DNA of 64,000 nucleotides from Octopus vulgaris (GCA_951406725.2 OX597820.1:13950001-14014000); one strand, 5' to 3'. Counted from the first letter of the stretch, positions 39,833 to 53,528 are shown. The notes: generated by a model not told the origin, from the letters alone. Numbers and translations are program-made.

Positions 39833-40055
39833 TATATTAATTACTGGTGAAGGCCAGTTTATAGGGCTACTCTGGGTTTCTTCCCATAAAGGGTACCTTC
39901 ATGGCATATCTTCAGACCCTAAGACCTGTTGGCCATATTTTAAAGAGGCCATAGGCCAACAGGTCTTAGGGTCTAAAGATATGCCACAAAGGTACCCTCT
40001 ATAGTGAGAAACATAGGGTAACCCTATAAAGTGACCTTTACCAGTAATTAATATA
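39833..40055. mobile_element. Palindrome (~100-bp arms) with a hammerhead motif in each arm
   Basis: Minus 39862-39921: tagggt CTGAAGA...GAAAC ccaga GTA gcccta. Plus 39967-40026: tagggt CTAAAGA...GAAAC atagg GTA acccta. Confidence 0.8.
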
Positions 40056-40143
40056 GACTGCTCTACTTCTTGGAGTGTGTTTCTTCTCTGGATTTATGTT
40101 TTTCTAAAAAAAATGAGATATATATACATATATACATACATAT

Positions 40144-40188
<45 letters not shown>

Positions 40189-40193
40189 TACAC

Positions 40194-40249
<56 letters not shown>

Positions 40250-40250
<1 letters not shown>

Positions 40251-41060
40251 GACGTGTGCAAGCAGCTATGCTACAAGGCAGTGAAACATGGGCCGTGACT
40301 ACTGAGGACATGCGTAAGCTTGCAAGGAATGAAGCTAGTATGCTTCGCTGGATGTGTAATGTCAGTGTGCATACATGACAGAGTGTAAGTACACTGAGAG
40401 AAAAGCTGGACATGAGAAGCATCAGATGTGGTGTGCAAGAGAGACGACTGTGCTGGTATGGTCATGTGTTGCATATGGATGAAGACAGCTGTGGGAAAAA
40501 GCATCACACCCTAGCAATAGAGGGAACCTGTGGAAGAGGTAGACCCAGGAAGACCTGAGATGAAGTGTTGAAGCACGATCTTTGAACGTTGGGCCTCACC
40601 GAGGTGAGAACTTTGGAGATATGCTGCACTTGAAAAGACCTGGCAAGCCAAGTGAAACCATAATTGTGGCCAGCCCATTTAAGAGTACTCTTCAATCATT
40701 GGGCAATAAACAGCACTTGCAAAGACTTGTTGAGACAAGTGAAGTTGTTGTGGCCAATGGCAGTACTGCCTGATTGGCATCTATGTGGGTGGCACGTAAA
40801 AAGCACCATTTGAGTGTGGTCGATGCCAGTGCCGCCTGACTGGTCCTGTGCCAGTGGCATGTAAAGAACACCTACTACACTTTCTGAGTGGTTGGCATTA
40901 GGAAGGGCATTGAGCTGTAGAAACATTGCCAGATTGGATTGGTGCCTGGTGCAGCTTTCTGGCTTGCCAGCCCTCAGTCAAACCATCCAATCCATGCCAG
41001 CATGGAAAATGGACGTTAAATGATGACGACGACGGCGATGATGATGATGATGAGGATGAT
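40250..41060 (+). mobile_element. 5'-truncated RTE-clade LINE: ORF C-terminus, 3' UTR and (GAT)n tail
   Basis: [29 protein letters not shown]...RRLCWYGHVLHMDED...EGTCGRGRPRKT carries the RTE signature RLRWYGHV/RGRP, followed by the family C tail. Confidence 0.92.
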
Positions 41061-41109
41061 GTATATATATATATATATACTTTAGGTATGGTAGATGATT
41101 TCAGCAAAA

Positions 41110-41561
41110 TTTAGATTCAACTGAGTATGGTACTTCAGTTGAGGCACCAGAATTTAGTATGGTATTATCCATACAGTTTCAAAATAAGGTGATTAAAATC
41201 AAAATATGCAACAAGGATATCCAGAGGTAATGCAGTACGATCGTTTCATGCAACTCCATTTAATTGAACAATGTTAATCCTTTCAACTAATTTGAAATGT
41301 AGGGCAATCTTCAGCTGCACAAAGACATAGAATTTAATTAAATTAGAACAGATGGACCACACATTAGTATAATTATACTTAAAATCTTGAAGAAGTTAAG
41401 GAGATAAACAAAAAAATGCTGCCTCACTCCAGCATAGAAGTTACTCTATGCTGAAGATTGCTCTGCATTTCAAATTGATGTAATGATTGCATTCTTCAAT
41501 TAAATGGAGTTGCATGAAACGATTGTACTGCATTACCTCTGGATATCCTTGTTGCTTATTT

Positions 41562-41565
<4 letters not shown>
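41110..41565. mobile_element. Inverted pair of a hammerhead-bearing repeat with a long stem II
   Basis: Minus 41230-41320: gtgcag CTGAAGA (~60 nt) GAAAC GATC GTA ctgcat. Plus 41451-41532: CTGAAGA...GAAAC GATT GTA ctgca. Confidence 0.7.
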
Positions 41566-41600
<35 letters not shown>

Positions 41601-41891
41601 AAATGCACCATTGCAAGAAGAAGAAGAAACGATATTCACCAAAGCTACCGGTACCGGTGCTGCCAGAAACACATACCAATGCCATAAGTAAACTGCACCA
41701 ATATTGGTTTTAACTTGGCGATGAAACATAGAAGCAATAACAGAAAGGGATTCGTCAGATGTGACAAATTAATATTTTTACTATTTAGATAAGCTCTGAC
41801 AGGAAAGAAAGCCAGGTGTTCTGGTTTGCAATAATGAAAACAATAACTGTGTGTGTGTGTGTATGTATATATATAAATATGTGTGTGTGTG

Positions 41892-41937
<46 letters not shown>

Positions 41938-42114
41938 CATACATACAACTACACATTACTGGAATATGATGGATATAATTTTGCATACACATACACACAC
42001 ACACATATATATATATGTACATGTGCATGTGTGTGTATATATATGTATGTATGTATGCAAACACACATAACTATATGTATACACACTCACACACACAACA
42101 TAGTATTTCTTTTT

Positions 42115-42520
42115 TCTTTTCTTTTACTTGTTTCAGTCATTTGACTGCGGCCATGCTGGAGCACCGCCTTTAATCGAGCAACTTGACCCCGGGACTTATT
42201 CTTTTGTAAGCCCAGTACTTATTCTATCGGTCTCTTTTGCCGAACCGCTAAGTAACGGGAATATAAACACACCAGCATCGGTTGTCAAGCAATGCTAGGG
42301 GGACAAACACAGACACACAAACACACACACGCATATATATATATATATACATATATACGACGGGCTTCTTCCAGTTTCCGTCTACCAAATCCACTCACAA
42401 GGCTTTGGTCGGCCCGAGGCTATAGTAGAAGACACTTGCCCAAGGTGCCACGCAGTGGGACTGAACCCGGAACCATGCGGTTGGTAAACAAGCTACTTAC
42501 CACACAGCCAGTCCTGCACC
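42115..42520 (-). mobile_element. SINE family A, young (CpGs retained)
   Basis: Close to consensus, e.g. gactgcggccatgctggagcaccgcc and ggtcggcccgaggc. Confidence 0.93.
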
Positions 42521-43249
42521 TGTATACACATACATATATACACAAACACATATACAATTATAATATGTCAACACATGTATATACACATGTACACACTATT
42601 GAAATATATATATACATACAAATATGTATATGTATAGGTATACACAAATACATACAACTGTAATATTCTTATAAAATAGAAATTATTCACATCACAGATG
42701 CATACATACACAGAAATTGATATATGTAAATACATTTATTGACATTTCTATAAATACTACCATATACCTGTGTTCATATGAATGTGTGCATACCTTTCAC
42801 AGACACACACAATCACATACGACAGGCTTCTTTCAGTTTCCATCTACCAAATCCACTCACAAGGCTTTGGTCAGCCTGAAGCTATAGTAGAAGACATTTG
42901 CCCAAGGTGCCATGCAGTAGGATTGAACCTGGAACCATGTGGTTGGGAAGCAAGCTTCTTACCACACATTGTTATGCCTGCACCTATATATATCCCCACG
43001 TAAAAGTTGATGTAGTGTTAGAACACAAGATACTGTGATGTTTATTATGAGAGAACTTCTTGTATGGTCTTTTGGTGCATATAAACACTCTTGTTTATGT
43101 TGCTAGTGCAAGAAAAATCCTTGTGATTACTGATGCAGAGAATACCAGAACGAATGATTTCAGACCTCTTTGGCCTTGTCAATGGTAGATATCTGACTAC
43201 TGGAGATAACAGGGATATCTCATGTAGTGATATACATGAGGGAGTTACA

Positions 43250-44600
43250 AGTGGGAGAAATATGAGAAAGAAAGGGGGGAAGTAAGATATATATATAGGG
43301 GTTTGGAAAAAGAGGGATATGAATATGAATGGGAGGGAAAGTAAAAGGGGGAGGAGGGGAAGTAAAGGGAGGAGGAGGGGAAGTAAAAGATGGAAGAAGA
43401 GGAAAAGTAAAAGATGAAGAAAGAGGAAGGAATAAAGGGAAGAGGAAGAAAAGTAAAGGGAAGAGGAGGAAAAGGAAAGGGAGGAAGGGGAAAAGGAGAG
43501 GGAGGAAGAGGGAATGGAAAAGAAAGGGAGGAGGAGGGAGAGTAAAAAAGGAGGAAGAGGAGAAGTAAAGGGAGGAGGAGGAGGAATAGTAAAGGAAGGG
43601 GAGGAAAAGGAAGAGGGAGAAATGGCAATGAGAAGAAGAGCAAGAGGAGAGAAAGAGAGAGGTTGAGGGAGAGAGAAGGGGGGAGGAGTCATAAAAATGT
43701 GGGTTAAAAGTGAAATGGTAAACATTTTTATGGTTATTTTATTGAGAATTAATATTGTCTTCATCAACAGACTATGTCGTGTGTGTGTGTGTCATGTGTG
43801 TACTGGCTTGTGTATGTGTGTGTGTGTGTGTAGTGTTTTTTGAGTATGTATGTATGTGTATATACTGGCTTGTGTGTGTGTGTAGTGTGTGTTGTGTTTT
43901 TGAGTGTGTGTATATGTATATACTGGCTTGTGTTGCATGTGTGTGTAGTGTGTGTGTAGTGTATGTATGTGTAGTGTGTGTGTGTAGTGTATGTGTGTAG
44001 TGTGTGTGTGTAGTGTATGTATGTGTAGTGTGTGTGTGTTGTGTTTTTGGAGTATGTCTGTATGCATTTGTGCGTATATGAATATGTGATTGTGTATGTG
44101 TATGTATGTATGTGTGTGTGTATGTGTATATACTGGCTTGTGTGTGTAGTATGTGTGTGTGTATGCATTTGTATGTATATGAATGTGGTTGTGTATGTGT
44201 ATGTATGTGTGTATGTATATGTGTGTGGACGTGTTGCGTGTTGTGGAAGTGTTGTGTGTGTATGTATATGCATGTGAAGGAATTGTGTGTGTATGTGTGT
44301 GTTTGTGTTTGTGTGTGTGTATGTATATGCATGTGAATGTACATTTGTGTGGAGGTGTTGTATGTGTGCGTGTATGTTTCTATGTATGCATGTGTGTATG
44401 TGGAGGTGTTGTGTATGTGTGTGTGCATATGCATATGTATGTGTATGTGTGTATGTCTGTGTATGCTTGTGTGTGTATGCATATGTATGTTTGTACGTGA
44501 ATGTAGGTGTACATTTGAGTGTGTGTGTGTGTGTGTGCATGTGTGTGTGTATGTGTGTGTGTGTGCACGTGTGTGTGTGTGTGTACGTGTTGTGTATAAA
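43250..44600. repeat. Polypurine (GGA/GAA) tract followed by a (TG)-rich tract
   Basis: Directly visible. Confidence 0.95.
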
Positions 44601-44891
44601 AATTGTATGAAGCAAAAATTTATCTCCCAATAATCTCTATCTCTCAGTTTATTGATCTCTCTGTCTGTCTGGCCATCTGTGTATCATCTTCTCTCTCTGT
44701 TCCTCTCTTGTTCTCCACACACATACACGCATACACACATAACGCATATACACACACATACACACAGGAGCAGTGAGGAGAGTCGTGAGGTCAATACCCT
44801 CTGTAAAGTCAGCTGATCTCAGAAAGGGTATTATCCAACCGCAAGATCCAAACTAGAAAAGAAGCACGAGTGAAATGAGGCTCCCCTAACC

Positions 44892-45270
44892 TAGGGGGTC
44901 ATCAAATTTTTTCCACGGCAGGCCAGATAACTGAGAGAATATACAGACACACACATACACAGGGGGTTACCAAACTTTTTACACCGTGGGCCAGATAACT
45001 GAGAGCACACAAACACACATACATGCATGCATACACACATACATACACACACATACACACACGCACATGCTCTCATACACAAGGGATACCACACTTTTTC
45101 CACCGCGGGCCAGATAACTGAGAGAATACACTCACACATACATACATGTATACATACACACATATACACAAATACACACACACACACATACACAGGGGTT
45201 ACCAAACTTTTTTTAGTGGGCCAAATAACTGAGAATACACACACACATACATACACACATACACACACAC

Positions 45271-45310
<40 letters not shown>

Positions 45311-46086
45311 ATATACAGGGGTCACCAAACTTTTTTCTCTCCGGGCCAGATCACTGAGAGAATACACACACACATACATACACACATATACACACACATA
45401 CACACGCATCCATACACAGAGGTAATCAAACTTTTCTGATGGTGAAAAACTGAGAAAAAAACGCACACACAAACATACATACACACATACATACACACAC
45501 ATACACTCACATACACAAACACACACACTCATAAATAGGGGTCACCAAACATTTTTTCACAGTGGGCCAGATAACTCAGAGAATACATACACACATACAC
45601 GCACATATGACAAGCGCAGGTCGCATAACCATTTTGTTCAATACAATACAGTGAATACACAAAAAATAAAAACAACCAACATATTTATTTACCAAAATGT
45701 TTTTGATGAAGGTGACGTTTAACAATAAGATAGTTATATCAATATCCGATGCGCACATAATCAAATCTCACAAACTAAGTAGCAAAAAAGGTTGGTGAGA
45801 TTTGTGAAACTGGTGTTTAGTTTTTAAGACGTCATCAATATTTGCTTTGGAATTGCTGCATCCAACCAAGAGAATTGCTTTCAAATACTCACCAATCAAC
45901 CTCGTTCAATGGGCTGACTTCACATTCTTCATTATTGAAAACGTTTGCTCACAGACATAAGTTGTTCCAAACACTGATGCCTTAGCAGAGGCAAATGAAC
46001 TCTCATTGCAGGTACTTACACAAAAGGTACAGTGCGGCAGCGGATCGGATGAACTGACCTCGCGTGCTATAGTTTGGTGACCCCTG
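44892..46086 (-). mobile_element. Non-autonomous hAT (Charlie/SPIN-like) element with a transposase C-terminal remnant and a 7-fold reiterated end
   Basis: TIRs caggggtcaccaaac / gtttggtgacccctg (46072-46086). Minus ~45795-46000 reads SVFGTTYVCEQTFSIMKNVKSAH*TRL...LKAILLVG (hAT dimerisation domain). Candidate 8-bp TSD ccctaacc / ctctaaac. Confidence 0.88.
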
Positions 46087-46103
46087 CTCTAAACCATCTA
46101 GGC

Positions 46104-46416
46104 CAAGGGTTCTCAGCCATTTTCACCAATGGACTTCCATAGCCATTTGGGTGTTTATAAACTAGTTTTATAGAAACCTCTTTCAAAATTCTTATTTTGT
46201 TTTCCACATGTTCATTTGTGTACGTTGAACTATGTAAAATGTTAGAGAAAGAAACCTCATTTCTTGCAATACAAACGAATGCATACCAAAAGCCAAATCT
46301 TTTCAGGGGTCCTTAAAATAATGTTGTGGATCCCCAATTTACTATTTTATGTGGACCCCCTGCTCAATCTTATATGAACTCTCAAGGGTCATACGGATCC
46401 AAGTTGAGAACAACTC
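46104..46416. mobile_element. hAT-type MITE
   Basis: caagggttctcagc ... gttgagaacaactc; candidate TSD atctaggc / agctaggg (6 of 8 match). Confidence 0.7.
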
Positions 46417-47289
46417 AGCTAGGGGAAGAGTATCTCTTGAATGCATGATGAGGGACCATGGTGGTTCTTCTTACTTGAACCAATTTGGAAAGTGAATGTA
46501 GAGCAATGATAATGAAGATTCTTGTTTCCAAAAGTTTCAGAATTTAATTCCTTAATCATTAGTCAGATTCACCACAAGGCCCAGTCCTTGTGATGTGGTG
46601 GCCAGTGTGCCTCAATTATCTTGAGAGCTCTGCCAGTGGAGTGGAAGCATCCTGTCTTTAAAGGTGTTTTTGCATCAAGCCAAGATATTCACATTAAATG
46701 GCAGTGAAAACTTAACATCATGCACACATGATAAAATTTAAGAGAAGGTACAACCAGCATACATATTCTTTCAGTATCTCTACCAGTTTATTGAGAAGGT
46801 TAAGAGGAAAGGAATCAACAATATTAAAATATAATGGTGTTCTTGAGCAAGACACTTTATTTCACATTGCTCCAGTTCACTCAGCTGTAGAAATGAATTG
46901 TGACATCACTGATGCCAAGCTGTATCGGCCTTTGCCTTTCCCTTGGATAACTTTGGTGGCATGGAGAGGAGTGGCTGGTATGCATGGGCGACTGCTGGTT
47001 TTCCATAAACAATCTTGCCCAGACTTGTGCCTTGAGTAACTTTCTAGGTGCAACTCCATGGTCATTCATGACTGAAGGGGATCATTACCCTTTAATTTTC
47101 AAAACTGAAACCAATGTCAATAGATCGAAAATGTTTCATCTGATTAAAACTGTTACTGGTTTGTGCCATCTTTTTAGATGCAATACAAAAGACAAGAGAT
47201 AATGTGGAGGTGTAGACATGAAAACAAACATCTAAAGAACTTTCACTTTAAAATGTAGTCTGGGTTTTTATCACTCTAGGTACATGTCC

Positions 47290-47545
47290 TCAGATTGCAC
47301 TTTCCTCGGATCGAGACCCAAACACTTTGAAATGTTCGTATTGGAGCTTACGGCGTGAATGCCAAACATTACAGCATGTCGTTTCCAAATTTGTGGCAGA
47401 ATGAATTGCACCATGGTGCTGTTTTTCTCACAGACAGTGCCCAACTGACCCTACTATACTGTGTAGTTGACAAAATCAAAAACAAACAATACACATACAC
47501 AAAATTAAAATTATAAACTAGAGACTATTTACCCATCACACCCTG
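47290..47545 (-). mobile_element. Tc1-like transposon left end with transposase HTH N-terminus
   Basis: Minus strand: TA-cagggtg TIR start, then MVQFILPQIWKRHAVMFGIHAVSSNTNISKCLGLDPRKVQ. Confidence 0.6.
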
Positions 47546-47559
47546 TATATGTGTAATTG

Positions 47560-47810
47560 TGGTGGTGCGTGGCTTAGTGGTTAGGGTGTTAGATGCATGA
47601 TCGTAAGATTATGGTTTCAATTCCTGGACTGGGCGTTGCATCGTGTTCTTGAGAAAAACACTTCATTTCACATTACTCCACTCCACTCAGGTGGCAAAAA
47701 TGACTAATCCTGAGACAGACCAGAGTCCTACCCAGGGGCGAAATATGTACACCATAGAAACCAGAAAATTGGTCCTTATGAGTCGGTGTAAGTCGAGAAG
47801 GTAACCTTTA
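47560..47810 (+). mobile_element. tRNA-derived SINE related to family E
   Basis: gtggcttagtggttagg A-box, gtttcaattcc B-box, tail gaaaccagaaaattggtccttatgag similar to 10386-10690. Confidence 0.8.
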
Positions 47811-48059
47811 TCTTTTTAGATATGCGATTCTGTTTCTGTATAAATGCATGTTTGCATTTGTGCATTTGTGCATGTGTGTCCAATGTGTTCGTAACATGAA
47901 GACGTCCTTCTGTTGTCTTGAGAATAAATCTAAGAGCTTCTTGGACTCCAGAGAATTGACACAAGAAATGCTTGAATGGAAGCATTTCACAGATTGGTCT
48001 TCAGACTTTGACATTTGCGGAGAGAAAATTAAAACAACAGAATCCCATTGACAAGAACC

Positions 48060-50250
48060 GAGAAGATAGATGACACAGATGATGACGATGATGACGATAA
48101 TGATACAACCGGAGGCAATGGCAAGGGGGAAGATGGTGCAACAAGTGGTGGTGGGGGGTTGTCAGTTGTTGTTGTGGTTGTTGTGGTGGTGGTGGTGCTG
48201 GCGGTGGCTGTGTTGTTGTCATTGATCAGGTTGACAATTATTATGTTTGTATTAATACTCGTGCTGACAATGAAGAAGATGATGACAATGATGACGATGA
48301 TGACGATGATGATGATGAGAGGCAAAGGTAGTAACAGTGGCTAACAACAATACTACTGCTGCTGTTGTTGCTGCTGCTGATGGTGATGGTGACTGTCGTC
48401 ATCCTTATGAAGATGATGATGATGATGATGATGTGATGAGGATGACGGAAAAGGGCAAAGTGGAGGAGAGAGAAAAGTTGGAGAAGAAGGAGGAGAAAGA
48501 GAAGGAAGAAGAGGAGGAGAGGAAAGAGGGGGCAGAAAGGGAAGAGGAGGAAGAGAAGGAAGAGGAGGAGAAGAGGAAGCGAAGAAGGAAGAGGAGGCAG
48601 AGAGGGACGATGACAAGAAGGAAGAGGAGGCAGAGAGGGACGATAACAAGAAGGAAGAGGAGGTAGAGAGGGAAGATGAGGTGGAGAAGGAAGCAGAGGA
48701 AGAGAGGGAAGAAGAAGAGGAAGAGGGAATAAGAGGAGGAGAGGGAAAGAAGAGAAGGAAGAGGAGGAAGGGGAGGAGAGGAGGAAGAGGAGGAAAAGAA
48801 GCAAGAGGAGGCAGAGAGGGAAGATGAGGTGAAGGAAGAGAAGGAAGAGAGGGAAGGAGAAGAGGAAGAGGGAATAAGAGGAGGAGAGGGAAAGAAGAGA
48901 AGGAAGAGGAGGAGAGGAGGAAGAGGAGGCAAAGAAGCAAGAGGAGGCAGAGAGGGAAGGGGAAGAGGAAAGAAGAGGAGGAGAGGGAAGAAGAGGGGAG
49001 AAGGAAGAGGAGGTGGAGAGGGACAAGGAGCAGAGAAGAAAGAAGAGGAGAAAGAAGAAGAGAAGGAGAAGGAAGAGGAGGATGACAACAATGGCAACAA
49101 CCCGAATAATATTGATGGCTATGGTGGCAGTGGTTTTGGTAATAGCAGGTATGATGATGATGATGATGATGATGATGATGCTAATATCATTGGTTGTGTT
49201 GATGGAGGTGGTATTAATGATGATTACAATGATACCAAGGGGTGGTGGGCAGATGTGGACGTAGCTTGATGTTGGCGATGATGTTTCTAATGATTATTAT
49301 AGACATAATTGGGTAATCATAATGATGATGATGATGATGATGATGATAAAGATGACAGTGGTGGTGGAGGTGATGGTGGTGTCGGGGACAAGTAATGGCT
49401 TTGCAATGACAATAATAATTGGTGGGGGGGATGTTGACGTGGAGCTGGCGTCAGAATGTGATTGATGATGCTGCTGATGATGGTGGTGGTGGTGGTGGTG
49501 GTGGTGGTGGTGGTGGTGGTCATGATGACGATGATGGTGGTGATGATGATGATGATGATGGTGATGATGATAATGCTGCTGATAATACTCTGGCTGCTGA
49601 TGACATTGCTGCTGCTGATGATGATGGTGATGAAGATGATGATGATGATAACAATGCCACAGCCACCACCACCACCACTACCACCACAACTGCCACTGCC
49701 GCCAATGATGGTGATGATGATGATGATGATGATGATATTAATAATAATAATGATGTTGTTGATGATGATGGCAATGATGATGATGGTGATGATAATGGCA
49801 ATGATGATGATGGTGATGGTGGTGATGATGATGGATGATGATGATGGTGGTGGTGATGATGATGATGATGATAATGCTGCTGCTGCTGATAACACTGTGG
49901 CTGCTGCTGCTAATGGTGGTGATGAAGATGATGATGATGATAACAATGACACAGCCACCACCACCACCACCACCACCACCACAACTGCCACAACAGCCAA
50001 TGCCGCCAATGATGGTGATGATGATGATGAGTATGACGACGACGACGATGGCGATGACAATAATAATGACAATGAGGATGATGATGTTGACGATGACGAC
50101 GACGACAATAATGATGGCGACGACGACGATGACGATTATGATGACGATTATGACGACGATGATGATGATGCTGGCAGTGATGGCTGTGGTGCTCATGATG
50201 ACAATGATATCAGCAACGATGGAAATGATGGGAATGATGAATATCATTGA
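48060..50250. repeat. Low-complexity (GAT/GGT/GAG) block with internal duplications
   Basis: Polypurine 48440-49080 with an ~130-bp duplicated unit; ~300-bp duplicated unit gataatgctgct...cacagccaccacc...gccgccaatgatgg at ~49570 and ~49870. Confidence 0.92.
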
Positions 50251-50755
50251 GCCATACTCATCTACGCGCATTCCCATATATGTCCATACATGCATATATA
50301 CACATATATACATACATACATATAGATTCCCATATATGCATATACAAACATATATAAGAGCACAACACACACACACACATAAATACATGTATGTATATAT
50401 ATATATATATACACACGGTTATCCATAAATTTTGCATAGACTCTCTCCTCATACATATGGATGTCTATATTTGTAATTATGCAAATAAATATGATCGTTA
50501 GTGGATAAATGGATGCACCAATTTAAACAAACAAATAAGACATCATCAATCATTCAACCTACCACAAAACTATGTCTGTTTGTCACTCTGTGTGTGTGTG
50601 TGTGTGTGTGTATTTGTGTGTGTGTGCATGTGTGTGTGTGTGTGTGTGTGTGATGAAACAAATGTATAGACTGTTATAGATTTTTATTTATAGGTCCCTC
50701 TGCAGATAGTAACAGTTTAATCATCCTTTCTCTCGCTTTCTCTGTTTATATACAC

Positions 50756-50786
<31 letters not shown>

Positions 50787-51057
50787 ATCACACACACACA
50801 CACACATTCACACACACGCACACACACACATTCACACAGAGATATACAGATTACAGTAGATATACAGCCATGATTTGTATATGGGGGTATGTGCAGGCTT
50901 TGGTATCTGATTTACAAATAGATATGTGTTCAGTCATATTGATGTCCATACATATTTGTGTATATGTATGTATATATGTGTGTGTATACATATATATATA
51001 TGTAAAGAAAGAGATAGTGAAAGAGAGAGAGACAGAGATAGGTAGATATACATATAG

Positions 51058-51123
<66 letters not shown>

Positions 51124-51142
51124 ATATATATATATGTATATA

Positions 51143-51193
<51 letters not shown>

Positions 51194-51469
51194 ACCAACA
51201 CACACACACACACAATGAGAGAAAGAGTGATAGAGATAGATAGATATATATATATATAGAGAGAGAGAGGTAGATAAATAGATACATGCATACATACATG
51301 CATGCCTGCACACACATACGCACACACACAAACATACACACACATGCAAACACACACAAATATACATAGATATATGTGGGTGTGAATGTATATATTTATG
51401 TGTGTATGGTTTTATTTGCTGAGCTTGAAGGCGGGGTCAGTTCCAATGTCCTTTGATCTTTGGAGGCTC

Positions 51470-51740
51470 TCGGAGACCTGTGATTTGGATGCTGTTAATA
51501 TTCTGTTTAAACTGTTGCAGGTCAATAACTTCTGGAAAAAATGTAAATAGGGATTCCAGAGGGATAATGCTTTGGGGAAGAAGGACTGTTGAGTATAGTG
51601 ATTAGTGCCATGCCAAAGCAGTCAATGCAACAAGGGTACGAAAGATAGAGGGATGAGAGGGTCAGAGGTACCTGAGTGGAGGTGGTGTGAAATAAGACAG
51701 CCAAGGGGAACACAGACCATTATAGTAGTTACAGAGGAAA
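51470..51740 (-). mobile_element. L2/CR1-group LINE 3' ORF fragment
   Basis: Minus strand across frameshifts: TNHYTQQSFFPK...LWN...FPEVIDLQQFKQNINSI. Confidence 0.6.
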
Positions 51741-51926
51741 ATCAGAGAGGTGAGGGCAGCACACACACACACACACGTGTATACTTTCTACCAAATCGAC
51801 TCACAAGGCTTTGGTTGGCTTGGGGCTATAGTAGAAGACACTCGCCCAAAATGTCACATATTGGGACTGAACCCAGAACCATGTGGTTGGGAAGCAAAAT
51901 CCTTACTATACAGCCAAACCTGCAGC

Positions 51927-51963
<37 letters not shown>

Positions 51964-51964
51964 C

Positions 51965-52168
51965 TACACACATGTCTGGCAATCGCCATGACAGATCGCT
52001 AGCCACTAAGCCTTTTTCCATTTTCTCTCCCTGTTTATTTCTGTGTTCATTGCTGCTGAAGAGCGTAGGCTCAAAACGTAAAAGACTTTCTCACCTTCCT
52101 GAGCATTAAACTAATACATCTGTTTATTGTTTACACACCCGTCTTCATCTTAAGTTTTTTTGTAAACT
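51965..52168 (+). mobile_element. Penelope-like pseudo-LTR fragment with a decayed hammerhead
   Basis: CTGAAGA gc-gtag-gctc AAAAC GTA; GAAA has become AAAA, consistent with CpG decay. Confidence 0.5.
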
Positions 52169-52211
52169 GGGGTTGGAGCCCGAAGGCTCTCTCTCTCTCT
52201 CTCTCTCTCTC

Positions 52212-52261
<50 letters not shown>

Positions 52262-52862
52262 CATACATATATATATATATATATATAATATAAATAATGG
52301 AAAAACTAATTTCTGTGTGTCGGTGTGTCACACTTAAACCCCTCTCTCTCACTATTCAATGACACTCCTACTATTCCTCATGATTGGGTGAGAGTAATAG
52401 TAGACATAGAGACGGTGAGGGTGGTGGTGAAGACAGATATATATATATAAAAAGAGAAGGAGAGAAAAAAGACAAAGAAATTTTAGGGAGAGTTGATATT
52501 TTACTAAAAGTAGTAGTGTTGATGGTGGCAGTGGGAGTAATAATAAAAGAAAAAGAAAGAGTGGGTATGTGAGAGAAAGAGGGAGATTATGTACTACTTT
52601 GTCTAACCATGTCTCTTTGACAGGAATTCCTGTCACCAACATACTGAACACTATCATTTTGGTGATGACTGCACCCCAAACATTTTTTTCATTATTTTCC
52701 CCATCCTAAAAGAGGTCGCTATCCTTGAACTCATGTCTCATGCCAGTAGCTATACAATGGTAAAAAACTAAATAAATAAATGGTAAAAAACATTCCAAAT
52801 TGAAAAGAAATCTCTCCCCTCCCTCTTACTGCCTCTCTATATTTCTATCTGTCTGTCTATCC

Positions 52863-52940
<78 letters not shown>

Positions 52941-52945
52941 CTATA

Positions 52946-52993
<48 letters not shown>

Positions 52994-53451
52994 AATCTAT
53001 CAATCTGTCTGTCTGTCTGTCTCATTGTCTATCTATCTATCTATTTATCTCCATCTATCTTTCTCTATGGTGGTGGTGGTGGTAGCTGGGGCAGTCAGGG
53101 ATGATGGTGATAGTAAGCAATGTGAAAGACAGTGGTGATGGTGGTGGAGGGGAAGGCAGCGAAGTCAAATGTATTGATGGTGGTGGCGTCAGAAGTCTGA
53201 ATGGTGTATGTGTATGGTAGTTGTGGTGGCAATAGTAGTGCTACTGGTGATGGTGATGGTTGAAAACAATCAACAGAAAGAGAGAGAGAGAAAGCAGTAC
53301 GACAAAAAAAATTGTACTGACCCCTGAATGGGAAAACAAAAAATATTGTTTATCATGCAGCTTTGCAATATGTTCCAAATCGACAAATTATACCATTGTT
53401 TTGACGAAAATTGTTCATTGCTTGAAAAATATTGTTCAAGTTTGATAAAAC

Positions 53452-53528
53452 AGTTCTATATTTAAGAGATGAGAAATTAGGTACATTATTTACATTTGAC
53501 GGATATTTGTCCTCATCTTGTCATTGTT
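53452..53528 (-). mobile_element. 3'-terminal fragment of the element at 58447-58845
   Basis: agttctatatttaagagatgagRaattaKgtacattatttacatttga...atatttgtcctcatct matches 58447-58512 and ends at the same terminus. Confidence 0.88.

Noticed and set aside
44892-45600. CRISPR-like repeat-spacer array
   Set aside because: Eukaryotic context; the repeats are hAT terminal sequences, the spacers are (CA)n of variable length, and there are no cas genes.
47848-48051. Protein-like ORF (SFLDSRELTQEMLEWKHFTDW)
   Set aside because: No recognisable domain or flanking splice sites.
48337-50250. Asp/Glu/Gly-rich ORFs resembling acidic biomineralisation proteins
   Set aside because: These are (GAT/GAG)n tracts with frame switches and internal stops, no signal peptide and no credible splice sites.
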